This document shows, in pieces, positions 29,764-39,846 of a stretch of DNA of 64,000 bases; positions within the stretch are counted from its first letter, which is position 1; each line of letters starts with the position of its first letter. The notes under the pieces are model-generated. The model made no database searches and was not told where the DNA came from. It worked only from the letters and a program-made list of their open reading frames with translations. Origin of the DNA: an uncultured Gammaproteobacteria bacterium (GTDB lineage Bacteria > Patescibacteriota > Microgenomatia > Levybacterales > GWA1-39-11); contig CAYRKM010000001.1 in the NCBI GenBank assembly GCA_964425075.1, forward strand, positions 18,756-82,755. Reading direction: 5' to 3'. A program made the translations under genes and the position numbers.

Positions 29764-30420
29764 ATGAAAAAAACAGTTCTTGCCATTTTTGCCCACCCCG
29801 ATGATGAAGCCTTCGGCCCAGGAGGAACACTCGCGAAATTTTCACAAACCCATGATGTTTATTTAATTTGCGCAACTCAAGGCGAAAAAGGTAAAAACAG
29901 CTTAAAAACTTCAAAGAAACTTCATGAAATTAGAAAGCTAGAACTTGAAAATTCTGCAAAAATTTTAGGAATTAAAAAAGTTTTTTGTCTTGGTTTTGTA
30001 GATGGGACTTTATCTAACAATTTATATCATAAATTAGCCTCAAAAATTGAGGAAAAAATAAAAAAAATAAATCCTGAAATAATTATTACTTTCGAACCAC
30101 GGGGAGTTTCAGGACATATCGATCACATTACCATAAGTCTGGCTACTACTTATGTGGTTTGCAAACATAAAAATATTCAACTTTTTTATTACTGCATGCC
30201 AGAAAAAGAACGAGCAAAAGCGCGGGATGATTATTTCATTTATTTCCCAAAGGGTTATAAAGAAAAAGAGGTTGACTGGGTAAATGACATAAAAGACACA
30301 TGGGATACAAAAGTAAAAGCAATGAAAGCGCACAAATCGCAAAAACATGATGCTGATGTAATAATAGAATTAGCCTCAAAACTACCCAAAAGGGAACTTT
30401 TTTTGAAATTTAAAAGATAA
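29764..30420 (+). CDS. PIG-L/LmbE family deacetylase
   Basis: AHPDDE, GHIDH, HKSQ. Confidence 0.9.
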   Translation: MKKTVLAIFAHPDDEAFGPGGTLAKFSQTHDVYLICATQGEKGKNSLKTSKKLHEIRKLELENSAKILGIKKVFCLGFVDGTLSNNLYHKLASKIEEKIKKINPEIIITFEPRGVSGHIDHITISLATTYVVCKHKNIQLFYYCMPEKERAKARDDYFIYFPKGYKEKEVDWVNDIKDTWDTKVKAMKAHKSQKHDADVIIELASKLPKRELFLKFKR

Positions 30421-30421
30421 A

Positions 30422-31609
30422 TTATTTCTTTAGAGCCTCAATACCGGGGAGTGTTCCATTTTCAATAAATTCAAGCATTGCACCTCCACCTGTTGAAATG
30501 TGGGTAATTTTCTCCAAATGGGACTTATGAGAAATTGCTGCCAATGTATCTCCCCCACCAACAATTGAAAAAACGTCAGAATTATGAGTTAGAGTATAGA
30601 ACAAAAAATCAGTACCACGAGCGTATTGAGGATTTTCTATGTACCCGACTGGCCCATTCCACACTAAAGTTTTGGCTTTCAAAATAACTCGAGCATAATC
30701 AGCTTGTGCCTCAGGTCCAATATCCAAAATCACATCATCTCTATCCACCTCAGAAATTTTCTTAACAATTCCACCCTCATCTATATCATTTTTACTTCCC
30801 ACTACTACATCTTGAGGTAAGATTATTTTTGTTTTATTTTTTTTAGCGTGCCGGACTATTTTTTTAACCTCATCCAATACCCCTTCTTCAGCCAAACTTT
30901 TTCCAATTGGATAACCCAACGCCTCAAGCATAGTATTTGCCAAGGCCCCACCAAGCACTAAAAAGTCCGCGATTTCTGTCAACTTATAAAGCAAATTAAG
31001 TTTTGTAGAAATTTTTGCTCCACCAACTATTGCCACAAATGGTTTTTTGGGGTGGTTGGTAACGTGACTTATCATCGCAATCTCGCGCTCCAATAAAAGC
31101 CCTCCGAAATGCGGCAAAAACTTGGGTAATTCTGTAATCGTCACACACTCCCTATGGCTTACTCCAAAAGCATCATTTACATAAACATCAGCCAAAACCG
31201 CAAGTTTTTCAGCCAATTCTTGCCCTGAAGCACTCTTTGGCTCATCTTCTCCTTTAAAAAAGCGGATATTTTCAAGAAATAAAATTTCTCCATTTTTTTG
31301 GTTTTCAAAATAATGCTTTGATGTATCCTGGGTAAAATTATCAACAAAACTTATTTTTACATTCGGAAGTAATTTCTGTAGTCTTTCAAAAATCGGGCGA
31401 AGAGATAATTCATTGTCATGCCCTTTTGGCCGACCGAGATGGGAAATTATAATAACTTTATTTTCTTTATAAAGTTTTTTTATGGTCGGAAGAGTCTGAC
31501 GAATTCGTTTGTCATCCGTAATTTTGTGCTTAGTTAAGGGCACATTAAAATCTACTCTAAGCAAAATTTTCTTATTTTGAATATGGGCTTTATCAATGAA
31601 AACTAACAT
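30422..31609 (-). CDS. pgk: Phosphoglycerate kinase
   Basis: RVDFNVP, SHLGRP, STGGGA. Confidence 0.96.
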   Translation of the reverse strand: MLVFIDKAHIQNKKILLRVDFNVPLTKHKITDDKRIRQTLPTIKKLYKENKVIIISHLGRPKGHDNELSLRPIFERLQKLLPNVKISFVDNFTQDTSKHYFENQKNGEILFLENIRFFKGEDEPKSASGQELAEKLAVLADVYVNDAFGVSHRECVTITELPKFLPHFGGLLLEREIAMISHVTNHPKKPFVAIVGGAKISTKLNLLYKLTEIADFLVLGGALANTMLEALGYPIGKSLAEEGVLDEVKKIVRHAKKNKTKIILPQDVVVGSKNDIDEGGIVKKISEVDRDDVILDIGPEAQADYARVILKAKTLVWNGPVGYIENPQYARGTDFLFYTLTHNSDVFSIVGGGDTLAAISHKSHLEKITHISTGGGAMLEFIENGTLPGIEALKK

Positions 31610-31688
31610 ATATAAAAATTTCTAATTGACCTAAAAAAATACAAATCTGAAACTTTAATTTATTTAGAAATTAGAGCAAATAGAATAA

Positions 31689-33044
31689 TTAGGTCAATTT
31701 ATTTTCGCCTATATATTTCCGAATAGTGTGTGCTGTTCCTAAAAGATTTAAACTTATAAATAGCATTTCCAACTCTTCTGCTAGTTTTGCGCGAATTGGC
31801 TCTTTTTCACTTTCAGACAAAAGCCACATTTCTTTCTTGTGAGGGCCAATTGATTTTTTTCTAAGTTTGTAGACAAACTGCTCATCATTCCATCCTTCTT
31901 TTCTTTCATTTTGAAAATTTTGTTTTGTGTATTCATGAAGTTTTTCTCGCATTGCGTCAGGTATTGTGTCAAAAACAATATTTTGAAATCCTGTTGCCAA
32001 ATGGATTTCACAGGTATTATTTTGAGGAAAATCATCAAATTTATTGTCGGGTAAAGTGGAGGCGCCATGCTGAACTGCACCTGCAAGTCCATACTTTTCC
32101 CGAGCAAGTGAACCAATGTCTCTTAAAACATTAAAATCTACATTCATTTCTTGAAGCGAACCATCGGGATTTACTACTCCACCATGGGAAGTTCCTGTCT
32201 GGACACTCACTTTACTAATTCCAAGAAGGGCTTGGGGTTCAATTTTTGCCAAATATCCATCCATAAATACGGTAAAGTCCTCAACAGTTGAATTTACACC
32301 ACCAACATGTCCTATTTCTCCACCAATTGTTACCGTAATACCTCCCGGTTGCATACGGCGAATAAACTGAGTCATGAGTGCAGTCATTTCAATATTTTCT
32401 TTTTGCTGCTCCTCAACAGTTGGCTTATTAAGATCAACTAATGTCGACGCATCTATGTCAATATTATAAAAGCCTGCAGCAAGAGCATTTTTTATCTCCA
32501 ACTGTATTTCATCAATTTGTCCTTGAGGATATTCCTGATATTTTTTTACATCAAATTGGTAATGATCACCCTGGAGAAAAACAGGTCCTACAAATCCCGT
32601 TTTTATAGCTGCAGCAAGCACAACAACGGCAATCTCATCTTGAGTTTCTTTATCATATATCATCTCTGTTCTTGAAACCTCAAAAATAAAAGCACCTGCC
32701 TCCTTCTCAATCGCCTTTTTAAAAATCTCACAACAAACATCATAAGTAATTGCGCGCAAGTTAATTGCAGGAACTGTAAAACCGGACACCTCGCCTTTTC
32801 CAAAAGCCTCATAAAGCGAATAAATTGAGGCTGGTTCTATCCCAAATTCTTTAGCTAATTTGCGGATAAAAACCCTGGCTAAATGACGAGTAGTAGCGTC
32901 TTCAGAAAGTACGGCAGTATAAACAAGATGGTCAATTCCTTCATTCCGAAGTTTTGCCTCATCCTTTAACTGAATTTCTTTATCGTGAAGTATTGCGATA
33001 TCATGCAAATTATTCTCGAGTTCTTGAGTTGAGTTAAAAATCAT
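31689..33044 (-). CDS. Class II fructose-bisphosphate aldolase-like protein
   Basis: QGDH, GGEIGHVG, GTSHGG, VQHGAS. Confidence 0.85.
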   Translation of the reverse strand: MIFNSTQELENNLHDIAILHDKEIQLKDEAKLRNEGIDHLVYTAVLSEDATTRHLARVFIRKLAKEFGIEPASIYSLYEAFGKGEVSGFTVPAINLRAITYDVCCEIFKKAIEKEAGAFIFEVSRTEMIYDKETQDEIAVVVLAAAIKTGFVGPVFLQGDHYQFDVKKYQEYPQGQIDEIQLEIKNALAAGFYNIDIDASTLVDLNKPTVEEQQKENIEMTALMTQFIRRMQPGGITVTIGGEIGHVGGVNSTVEDFTVFMDGYLAKIEPQALLGISKVSVQTGTSHGGVVNPDGSLQEMNVDFNVLRDIGSLAREKYGLAGAVQHGASTLPDNKFDDFPQNNTCEIHLATGFQNIVFDTIPDAMREKLHEYTKQNFQNERKEGWNDEQFVYKLRKKSIGPHKKEMWLLSESEKEPIRAKLAEELEMLFISLNLLGTAHTIRKYIGENKLT

Positions 33045-33271
33045 AAGTTGATGATAAATGCTTGATGGTAGATGGAAAATGAAATTGAAGTAAAACTCAT
33101 ATTAACCATTTATCATTTGCCATTCATCATTATATTTAGTGTACGGGAGATAAGAAATCTCAGTCAAGTAGAACAAACGGTATCTGTGCATTGCGAAGAA
33201 TTTAATGGTTGGTGGGAGACGAGCGCGCGTGCGCATCGCCCCCCACCGGTAGTCGCAGAGTTGATAGGTGC

Positions 33272-33436
33272 TCACCTCGGATGACCCCTCCAGTGGTCGG
33301 GAGGCCTCGGCCGTCCAGCTTGCTCTTGTGCCCATTGCTCGTCGGCAATCCGTCGGTCTCGCCGCCAGGCAAAACCTAGCACGACATACACAATCAGACC
33401 GCCAAGGACGAATCCGAGAACAAACGCTCCAAGCAT
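33272..33436 (-). CDS. GC-rich small single-TM protein (54 aa)
   Basis: AAGGGAG SD; MLGAFVLGFVLGGLIVYVVLGFAWRRDRR...; not in the ORF track. Confidence 0.6.
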   Translation of the reverse strand: MLGAFVLGFVLGGLIVYVVLGFAWRRDRRIADEQWAQEQAGRPRPPDHWRGHPR

Positions 33437-33469
33437 GTCTGTCTCCCTTCCTCCGGCTTGCGCCGGAAG

Positions 33470-33613
33470 CTAGTCTCTTCGATTGTTGGGTGGACGGCCG
33501 TAACCGTGCGTTGGTTGTTCTCCGGCAAGGATGATCCTGCCGAGTTTGGCCGTCAGCAGGAGACCTCCTGCCAAAACGACCACGATAACCACAACCCACA
33601 CGGGTAGCGACAC
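33470..33613 (-). CDS. GC-rich small single-TM protein (47 aa)
   Basis: AAGGAGG SD, GTG start; MSLPVWVVVIVVVLAGGLLL... Confidence 0.6.
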   Translation of the reverse strand: MSLPVWVVVIVVVLAGGLLLTAKLGRIILAGEQPTHGYGRPPNNRRD

Positions 33614-33647
33614 AATCTGCCTCCTTCCACCGGCTCGCGCCGGGGCG

Positions 33648-33959
33648 CTAACGATGGCCTAGATTGTAGACCACCTCCCTATGGAAATTCCTGAACTCCC
33701 ACGACCTTGCTGATGCATTGTGGACGTCCTCATCTTGACTTGGAATCGTCGATAAGATCGTCCTCAGTTGACTAGCATACTCACGGATTTCACCGATTTG
33801 TGCGGGTTTTACCCCACGAAAACCATGCCGCAGCATGATTTCATAGCTCACGATTCTGGTGATTTTTCCCCTGAGTACTCCCATCAGGACAAGCCTCTCG
33901 TCAAGGCTCATTCTCTGAACCCGTTGTCTGAAGTTCGAGTTACCTCGTCGAGTAGTCAT
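33648..33959 (-). CDS. GC-rich hypothetical protein (103 aa)
   Basis: AAGGGG SD before MTTRRGN. Confidence 0.65.
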   Translation of the reverse strand: MTTRRGNSNFRQRVQRMSLDERLVLMGVLRGKITRIVSYEIMLRHGFRGVKPAQIGEIREYASQLRTILSTIPSQDEDVHNASARSWEFRNFHREVVYNLGHR

Positions 33960-34159
33960 GACTGCCCCTTCCGTTAGATGCTTGAGTTTCACTCTGCGTT
34001 GTAAATGTGCAATGTGCCCTCGCGGCACAAGCAAATTACACCGCAGAACACAATTGGGGAAATTATATACTTTTGAAGTCATATTTACCACAAAGTGATA
34101 ATTATCAATTAAGAATGAAGAATTAATTTTTTTTGCATTTGAAACGAAGAGTGTGTTAT

Positions 34160-34346
34160 GTATTTTCGTCATTTTGTACCGAACATATGAACCGGTAAAC
34201 GAATATGAGTGGTCCGAAGGAAAAAGCTGTAAAGGCTGAGCTTGCGAACTGCCGGAGCTTTTAATGAATGAGTGAAACCGGCGAATACGTGAGGGGCAAT
34301 TGACGAGAGGCTTTGCTACTTTCGCCGGAGCGAAAGTAGAAGAAAG
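34160..34346 (+). repeat. Structured intergenic element ending in CTTTGCTACTTTCGCCGGAGCGAAAGTAG
   Basis: Terminal hairpin similar to 15029-15062. Confidence 0.4.
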
Positions 34347-34357
34347 AGGGAATAACT

Positions 34358-35032
34358 TTAGTAACTAACGTAGTGTAAAATTTTTGCGTTTTTCTTAAGG
34401 GTTGCTACCCACTCTTGATATTTTTGTTTTAATTTTTCTTGCTCAAGATACTGTCGGTACTGCATCTTTGCATCATCAGGGTTTTTTTCGTTTGCTAACA
34501 AATCTTTATTCTGTTCTAGGAATTTATTAAATTCGTCCTCGCCTACTTTTGCCTGTTCTCCAAGAATTTTATCTACAATCAATTGAATTTTTATTTGTTC
34601 ATTAAACAGTTCTTTTGAAATACTTCTTGACTCAAGTATTTGATTCAAATCTTGACCTTGGCCATCAAGTTGCTTTTTGATCTTTGCAATTTCCTTATCT
34701 ATATCTGCCTGACTTATATTTATTTTTCGTTTAGCAGCTTCTTGCAAAACAAGTCTTTCCTCAATTATTTCTTCAAGCGCTGTCTTTCCACTTTGCAATT
34801 CCAATTTATTAATTAATGAAAGTCTAGAAATTGGTTCTCCATTAACAGTTGCTGCAACGAAAAGAGAACGGCCGATATAAAGAAGAGCAGCAAGAACAAT
34901 AACTCCAAGGATAATTAGTGTAGCTTTTCTATTTTTTGGGGCCCAAACTTTATTTTTAAGATCTGCAAGGGTCGTTTTCTTTTTTGGTGATGAACTTTTT
35001 GTTGCCTTTTTTGCTGTTTTTGCTGTTGCCAT
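34358..35032 (-). CDS. SurA N-terminal domain protein
   Basis: TM then AATVNGEPIS, LVLQEA, LKKNAKI. Confidence 0.8.
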   Translation of the reverse strand: MATAKTAKKATKSSSPKKKTTLADLKNKVWAPKNRKATLIILGVIVLAALLYIGRSLFVAATVNGEPISRLSLINKLELQSGKTALEEIIEERLVLQEAAKRKINISQADIDKEIAKIKKQLDGQGQDLNQILESRSISKELFNEQIKIQLIVDKILGEQAKVGEDEFNKFLEQNKDLLANEKNPDDAKMQYRQYLEQEKLKQKYQEWVATLKKNAKILHYVSY

Positions 35033-35144
35033 GGGACAAGTATAGCATATATTTTAAAAAGTCAATACCGTTGCTCTTTATACCCAAAAGTACTACACTT
35101 ATATAGTAATCGGATCAATTTTCATAGGAAGGAGGTGTAACGAT

Positions 35145-35297
35145 ATGGGTATACTTGAGCTAATAATTGGGATACTGGTTTTTCTCTTCTTGGTAAATCT
35201 TTTTATGGCATTTATTCCTGTGCCACGAACTCTGGGCGGTGCTATTGTTTTGATCTTAGTAATATTTCTAGTATTACGTTTGCTGGGAATGGTCTAG
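35145..35297 (+). CDS. Small two-TM membrane protein (50 aa)
   Basis: AGGAGGT SD; hydrophobic helical hairpin; not in the ORF track. Confidence 0.7.
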   Translation: MGILELIIGILVFLFLVNLFMAFIPVPRTLGGAIVLILVIFLVLRLLGMV

Positions 35298-35377
35298 AAA
35301 GATACGGCCACTTTTTATCGAAAGAGATTACATTTATAACAACTTAGTTGGTGGCTTTTTGCTTTGTGCAGCAAAAA

Positions 35378-36235
35378 TTAATCGCTCTCAACTTTAAGCT
35401 CTAAATATATTTTTCTATTCGTAGCAAGTTCTAATTCTCGACGAGCCATACTTCCAATTTCTTTTATTTTTGCCCCCCCAGCCCCAATTATCATTTTTTT
35501 ATATTTTTCAGGGGCAATAATTCTTGCTTTTATAACTGTCATGTCTTTTTTCTTTCGTTCTATAATTTCATCGACTTTTATATCAATCACATATGGCAGC
35601 TCGCGTCTAAGTCTTAAAAAGGCTTTCTCTCGAATTAGTTCTTGAAGATATAATTTTGAATCCAAATTTAGAGCAGGTGTTGCCATGTCCCTTGTTTCAA
35701 CGAGCTTTTCACCAACGGGTAAAAATTCAAAAATATTATCAATTATTCTATTCAAATTTTCCCCAGTTCTTGCGCTAACTTCCAAAACAACCTCAAATTC
35801 GTCCTCAAGGAAAATATATTGCTCCATAAAATTCGGCTCTCTTTTGTCAATTTTATTAATTACTAATATCTTAGGAACTTTTGATTTTCTGATGATTCCA
35901 AGCACCCTATTTTCCTCAATTCCACGCTCACGGCTTCTATCAACTACATATACAACTACATCAATGCCATCTTTTAAGGATTGCTCTGCAGTAAAATTGA
36001 TTCCAGAAGCCTTCGCATTATCAGCTTTTGCAAAAATTCCTGGGGTATCAACAAATAATATCTGGCCACGCTCATCCTCATATACTGCCTGAATTGAGAA
36101 CTGTGTAGTCTGTGGTTTTGGAGAAGTAATTGATACTTTCTGCTTCAAAAGAGCATTTAAAAGTGTAGATTTACCAGCATTGGGCCGTCCCAAAAGGGCA
36201 ACAGTACCTACTTTTAATTTTGGTTCATTAACCAT
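35378..36235 (-). CDS. era: GTPase Era
   Basis: GRPNAGKSTL, DTPG, NKID, KH domain IIGAGG. Confidence 0.95.
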   Translation of the reverse strand: MVNEPKLKVGTVALLGRPNAGKSTLLNALLKQKVSITSPKPQTTQFSIQAVYEDERGQILFVDTPGIFAKADNAKASGINFTAEQSLKDGIDVVVYVVDRSRERGIEENRVLGIIRKSKVPKILVINKIDKREPNFMEQYIFLEDEFEVVLEVSARTGENLNRIIDNIFEFLPVGEKLVETRDMATPALNLDSKLYLQELIREKAFLRLRRELPYVIDIKVDEIIERKKKDMTVIKARIIAPEKYKKMIIGAGGAKIKEIGSMARRELELATNRKIYLELKVESD

Positions 36236-36364
36236 ATGGGTATTATATCAGAATTAGCCTCAAATTAGTTGGTAGTATGTAGAAAGTGGTAAGTAGCATG
36301 GTAGAGGAAGGATTAAGATATTTTTTTTGCTTACTACATTCTCCCCGCTACGTGCTACCGGCGG

Positions 36365-37129
36365 CTACTTCGCCACCGCAGGCCTTCCACCAAAACGTCT
36401 TTCGCGCTTGGCATAGTCAACAAGTGCTTTAATAATATCTTTTGAACCGGTATTTGGAAGTAATTTTTCTATGAAATAAAGCTCTGAGTTGGTTGAAAGC
36501 CATCCCAAATCAGAAGTTCTTTTCTCGCCCGACGTACGAATTATAAGATCTGCAGGGGGGACAAATCCGCCTCCATCTCTATATGAAGCAACAATTTCAT
36601 GTGTGATTTCTTTTAAATTATCCTTTACCATTTTTTTATACATCCTTAACTCCTGATCTTGTCCTGCATAGTCTACGGCAAGACACAAAACGCTTCCGGT
36701 GTTGTTTTTTGTCGCCTCCTCAGCCTCTTCGAAAGTTTTTCTAACATACTCTGGAATTCTATCTTTTCGCCCAAGATGAACAATTCTGGAGTTTTTTTCC
36801 ATGGCCTCAGGTAGCATTACTCTTAAAGTTTCGTCAATCACGTGCATAATTCCATCAGCTTCCTCGCGTGTTCTTGACCAATTGTCTGCAGAAAAACCCC
36901 AAATTGTAATAAATTTTATAGGTAATTGCCAAAGATCATAATAAATTTGCTTCACTACCTCTGCCCCTGCCTTATGCCCTTGAGTAATATTTTTTCCATA
37001 AAGCTTTGCCCACCTACCATTTCCGTCAGGAATTAAAAGCACATGCCGTGGAAATTTTTCTGTTGGAATATCTTTAAGCTCGGGGAATTTTTCCCAAACA
37101 GTTTTTGCGGTTTTTGATTTGTTGAACAT
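36365..37129 (-). CDS. uppS: Undecaprenyl/polyprenyl diphosphate synthase
   Basis: PDGNGRW, FSADNW, RTSGEKR, RRFGG. Confidence 0.95.
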   Translation of the reverse strand: MFNKSKTAKTVWEKFPELKDIPTEKFPRHVLLIPDGNGRWAKLYGKNITQGHKAGAEVVKQIYYDLWQLPIKFITIWGFSADNWSRTREEADGIMHVIDETLRVMLPEAMEKNSRIVHLGRKDRIPEYVRKTFEEAEEATKNNTGSVLCLAVDYAGQDQELRMYKKMVKDNLKEITHEIVASYRDGGGFVPPADLIIRTSGEKRTSDLGWLSTNSELYFIEKLLPNTGSKDIIKALVDYAKRERRFGGRPAVAK

Positions 37130-37169
37130 ACAAAAAAGCAACTAATAGCGCTGCTTGGTGTATATTTTA

Positions 37170-37817
37170 CTAAAACGGGTTTGAAACTACAAATGTTGTA
37201 TTTTTGCAAAATTCCACCCTATGATGTTGACTTAAACCATGCATTGAAAGCGCCTCCCGATGAAATTTAGTTCCATACCCCTTATGTTTTTCAAATCCAT
37301 AAATTGGAAATTGTTTGGCAAGTTCTAACATATATCTATCTCTTACAACTTTTGCCAAAATTGATGAAGCCGCAATTGAAATACTAAGCCTATCTCCATG
37401 GATAATACCGGTTTGTGGACTGTTTAAGTCCGGAATTGTAAATCCATCCACCAAAATATGCAACTGTTCAAGACTTTGAATTTTTAACTTTAAATTCTGA
37501 ACTAGATTTCTCATTCCCAAAAAAGTTGATTTTCCAATTCCTATTTTATTAATAATTGAAACCGGTACAAATTCTACGTGCCAGGCTAGAGATCTTTTTA
37601 TAATTTCTTCAAATAATATTTCTCTTTTTTTCGGACTTAAAAGCTTTGAGTCATTTATCCCAAGTCCTCCTAATTCAGTTTCTAACTTGGGATTTAAAAC
37701 CACACCACCAACTGACAATGGTCCAGCAAAAGCACCTCGTCCAGCCTCATCAATTCCAACTACGGTAAAACCATTTTCCCAAACATCTTTCTCATACGAA
37801 AAATCAGGAAATGTCAT
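37170..37817 (-). CDS. rnhB: Ribonuclease HII
   Basis: GIDEAGRG, DSK, ILAKVVRD, KGYGT. Confidence 0.95.
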   Translation of the reverse strand: MTFPDFSYEKDVWENGFTVVGIDEAGRGAFAGPLSVGGVVLNPKLETELGGLGINDSKLLSPKKREILFEEIIKRSLAWHVEFVPVSIINKIGIGKSTFLGMRNLVQNLKLKIQSLEQLHILVDGFTIPDLNSPQTGIIHGDRLSISIAASSILAKVVRDRYMLELAKQFPIYGFEKHKGYGTKFHREALSMHGLSQHHRVEFCKNTTFVVSNPF

Positions 37818-37870
37818 AAAAATAGTATACATGATGCAAAAAAGGCAACTTTGATATATAATTTCCCGTT

Positions 37871-38437
37871 ATGACTATAGAAAATCAAAAATATAGGCTG
37901 CAAGCGGAAGACTTTGTCACTAGGGTTGCTGAGGCAAACAAAGGCCCGCATGGCATGGCCGTTGCTTTTTCAAGAGCGCTAATTGCGTATGGACGAGAAC
38001 ATATTATTGAAGCTTTAAAACAAAAGGACCCGTCAATTACCATTCTTATTACTCCTGAAGACTTAGATAGAATTTTTGAACAAACGCCGAATGAGCTTGG
38101 ACTTATGATCGTGGGAGCAGCAAACCTAGTAATTCATCATGCTCTTGCAGACGGCCAATATCAAACAACAGATTTTGCAGAAGAAATGAATAGGGGCCTT
38201 GTTGGAACACCGATAAGGTGGGATGCAGCAAGAAAACCTGGCTTGGAAAACATTCCACAATCAGATTTGGTCGATATGTATCCATTTGCAAGCAAGGAGC
38301 CGATTTTTACAGCATTCTATGGAGAAGAAGGAATGCGTCATATTCCTCCAGCTCTTCGCGAGGAGTTAATCCCATACGTATCTTTAATACGTCCTGTTTT
38401 GCCAACTATTGCTGAGGCATGGAATTTAATTCAATAA
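37871..38437 (+). CDS. Hypothetical protein
   Basis: ORF with TATAAT 8 nt before the ATG. Confidence 0.65.
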   Translation: MTIENQKYRLQAEDFVTRVAEANKGPHGMAVAFSRALIAYGREHIIEALKQKDPSITILITPEDLDRIFEQTPNELGLMIVGAANLVIHHALADGQYQTTDFAEEMNRGLVGTPIRWDAARKPGLENIPQSDLVDMYPFASKEPIFTAFYGEEGMRHIPPALREELIPYVSLIRPVLPTIAEAWNLIQ

Positions 38438-38438
38438 A

Positions 38439-39710
38439 CTAAAGGCGAATTATTTCCTCTCGTGAAGGACCAGTGGAAACTGAAGAAACTTTGCATCCGA
38501 TTTGCTTTTCTAATTCTTCAATGTAAGCTTTTGCATTTTTTGGCAGCTTTTCAAATTTCTTTATTCCCTTGGTTGAAGTTTTCCATCCAGGCATTGTTTT
38601 ATAAATGGGGGTAATTTTTGACAAAAATAAGTCATCTCCATCATAATAACTAACTTTTTTCCCGTTTAATTTGTATCCTACGCAAAGCTTAATTTCGGAA
38701 AAATCATCCAAAATATCCAATTTCGTAAGTGCAATGCTTGTTACCCCATTTAGTTTTACCGCAAAACGTACAAGTTCTGCATCAAACCAACCACATCTTC
38801 GGGCTCTTCCCGTTGTGGCGCCATACTCGGCCCCAATTTTTCGAATATTCTCCCCCACCTTACCTGTTAACTCTGTAGGAAATGGTCCTGAACCAACGCG
38901 AGTGATATAAGCTTTTGCAACTCCTATGACCTCGGTTAATTTTTGAGGCGGAATACCTGCGTATGCTGTAACACCGCCAGAAACTATAGTTGATGCAGTG
39001 ACAAATGGGTAGGTTCCCCAATCATTGTCCAAAAGCACAGCCTGTGCTCCTTCAAGAAGAATATTTTTCTTCTTTTCAATTGCGTCAGACAGTATCGGAT
39101 ACGGTTCCTTTATGAAAGGTGCAATTTTCTTTTTAAAACCCTCAAATTCTTTTACTATTGTGTCGGTATCCAATGCTTTTTCCCCCAATGCTTTAAGAAT
39201 TTTATTTTTGACTGTCAGCTGGATAGAAAGTTTGCGCCTAAACTCAGAGGAATTAAGCAAATCGGAAAGACGAATACCATTATAACTAACCTTATCAGCA
39301 TGCACGGGCCCAATTCCTCTACCGGTAGTACCGGTTTTGCCTTTGCCTTTTGCTTCCTCCAAAAGTCTATCAAGAAGCTTGTGATAAGGCATAATTAAGT
39401 GACATCGAGGAGAGATAAAAAATCTATTTTTAAGTGAAATACCTGACTTTTCAAGCATTTCAATTTCTTCTATTAAAGTAGGAAGGTCCAAAACTACACC
39501 ATTGGTTATAAAAGCTGTAACACGTGGCGCGAATATTCCTGAAGGAAGAAGATGCATCTTGAAAGTTCCGAATTCGTTGATAACTGTGTGCCCAGCGTTA
39601 TTTCCTCCTTGAAAACGGACAACAAAATCCGAGGTGGTAGATAGTGTGTCAATAATTTTGCCTTTTCCCTCGTCTCCCCATTGGGTTCCAAGGATGAGTG
39701 TAACTGGCAT
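38439..39710 (-). CDS. purA: Adenylosuccinate synthetase
   Basis: QWGDEGKGK, GGNNAGH, EGAQ, TTGRARRCGW. Confidence 0.96.
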   Translation of the reverse strand: MPVTLILGTQWGDEGKGKIIDTLSTTSDFVVRFQGGNNAGHTVINEFGTFKMHLLPSGIFAPRVTAFITNGVVLDLPTLIEEIEMLEKSGISLKNRFFISPRCHLIMPYHKLLDRLLEEAKGKGKTGTTGRGIGPVHADKVSYNGIRLSDLLNSSEFRRKLSIQLTVKNKILKALGEKALDTDTIVKEFEGFKKKIAPFIKEPYPILSDAIEKKKNILLEGAQAVLLDNDWGTYPFVTASTIVSGGVTAYAGIPPQKLTEVIGVAKAYITRVGSGPFPTELTGKVGENIRKIGAEYGATTGRARRCGWFDAELVRFAVKLNGVTSIALTKLDILDDFSEIKLCVGYKLNGKKVSYYDGDDLFLSKITPIYKTMPGWKTSTKGIKKFEKLPKNAKAYIEELEKQIGCKVSSVSTGPSREEIIRL

Positions 39711-39781
39711 ATTTGAATTTAAATGAAGCCTCAGTGATTGTATAAAGCAAGTTTTAAAAAAACAAGTGGAAAAAGCATTAT

Positions 39782-39817
39782 GCGCCGGGAATCCGCCAAA
39801 TGGCGGAAACCCGGCGC
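39782..39817 (-). terminator. GC-rich terminator hairpin of unit E
   Basis: GCGCCGGG..TCCGCCA/TGGCGGA..CCCGGCGC, with a T-rich tail on the minus strand. Confidence 0.65.
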
Positions 39818-39846
39818 TATCGCACCTCCTCGTCGGAAAGGACCAC

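Noticed and set aside
38439-39710. PurZ (Z-genome enzyme)
   Set aside because: It has the canonical PurA GDEGKG aspartate.
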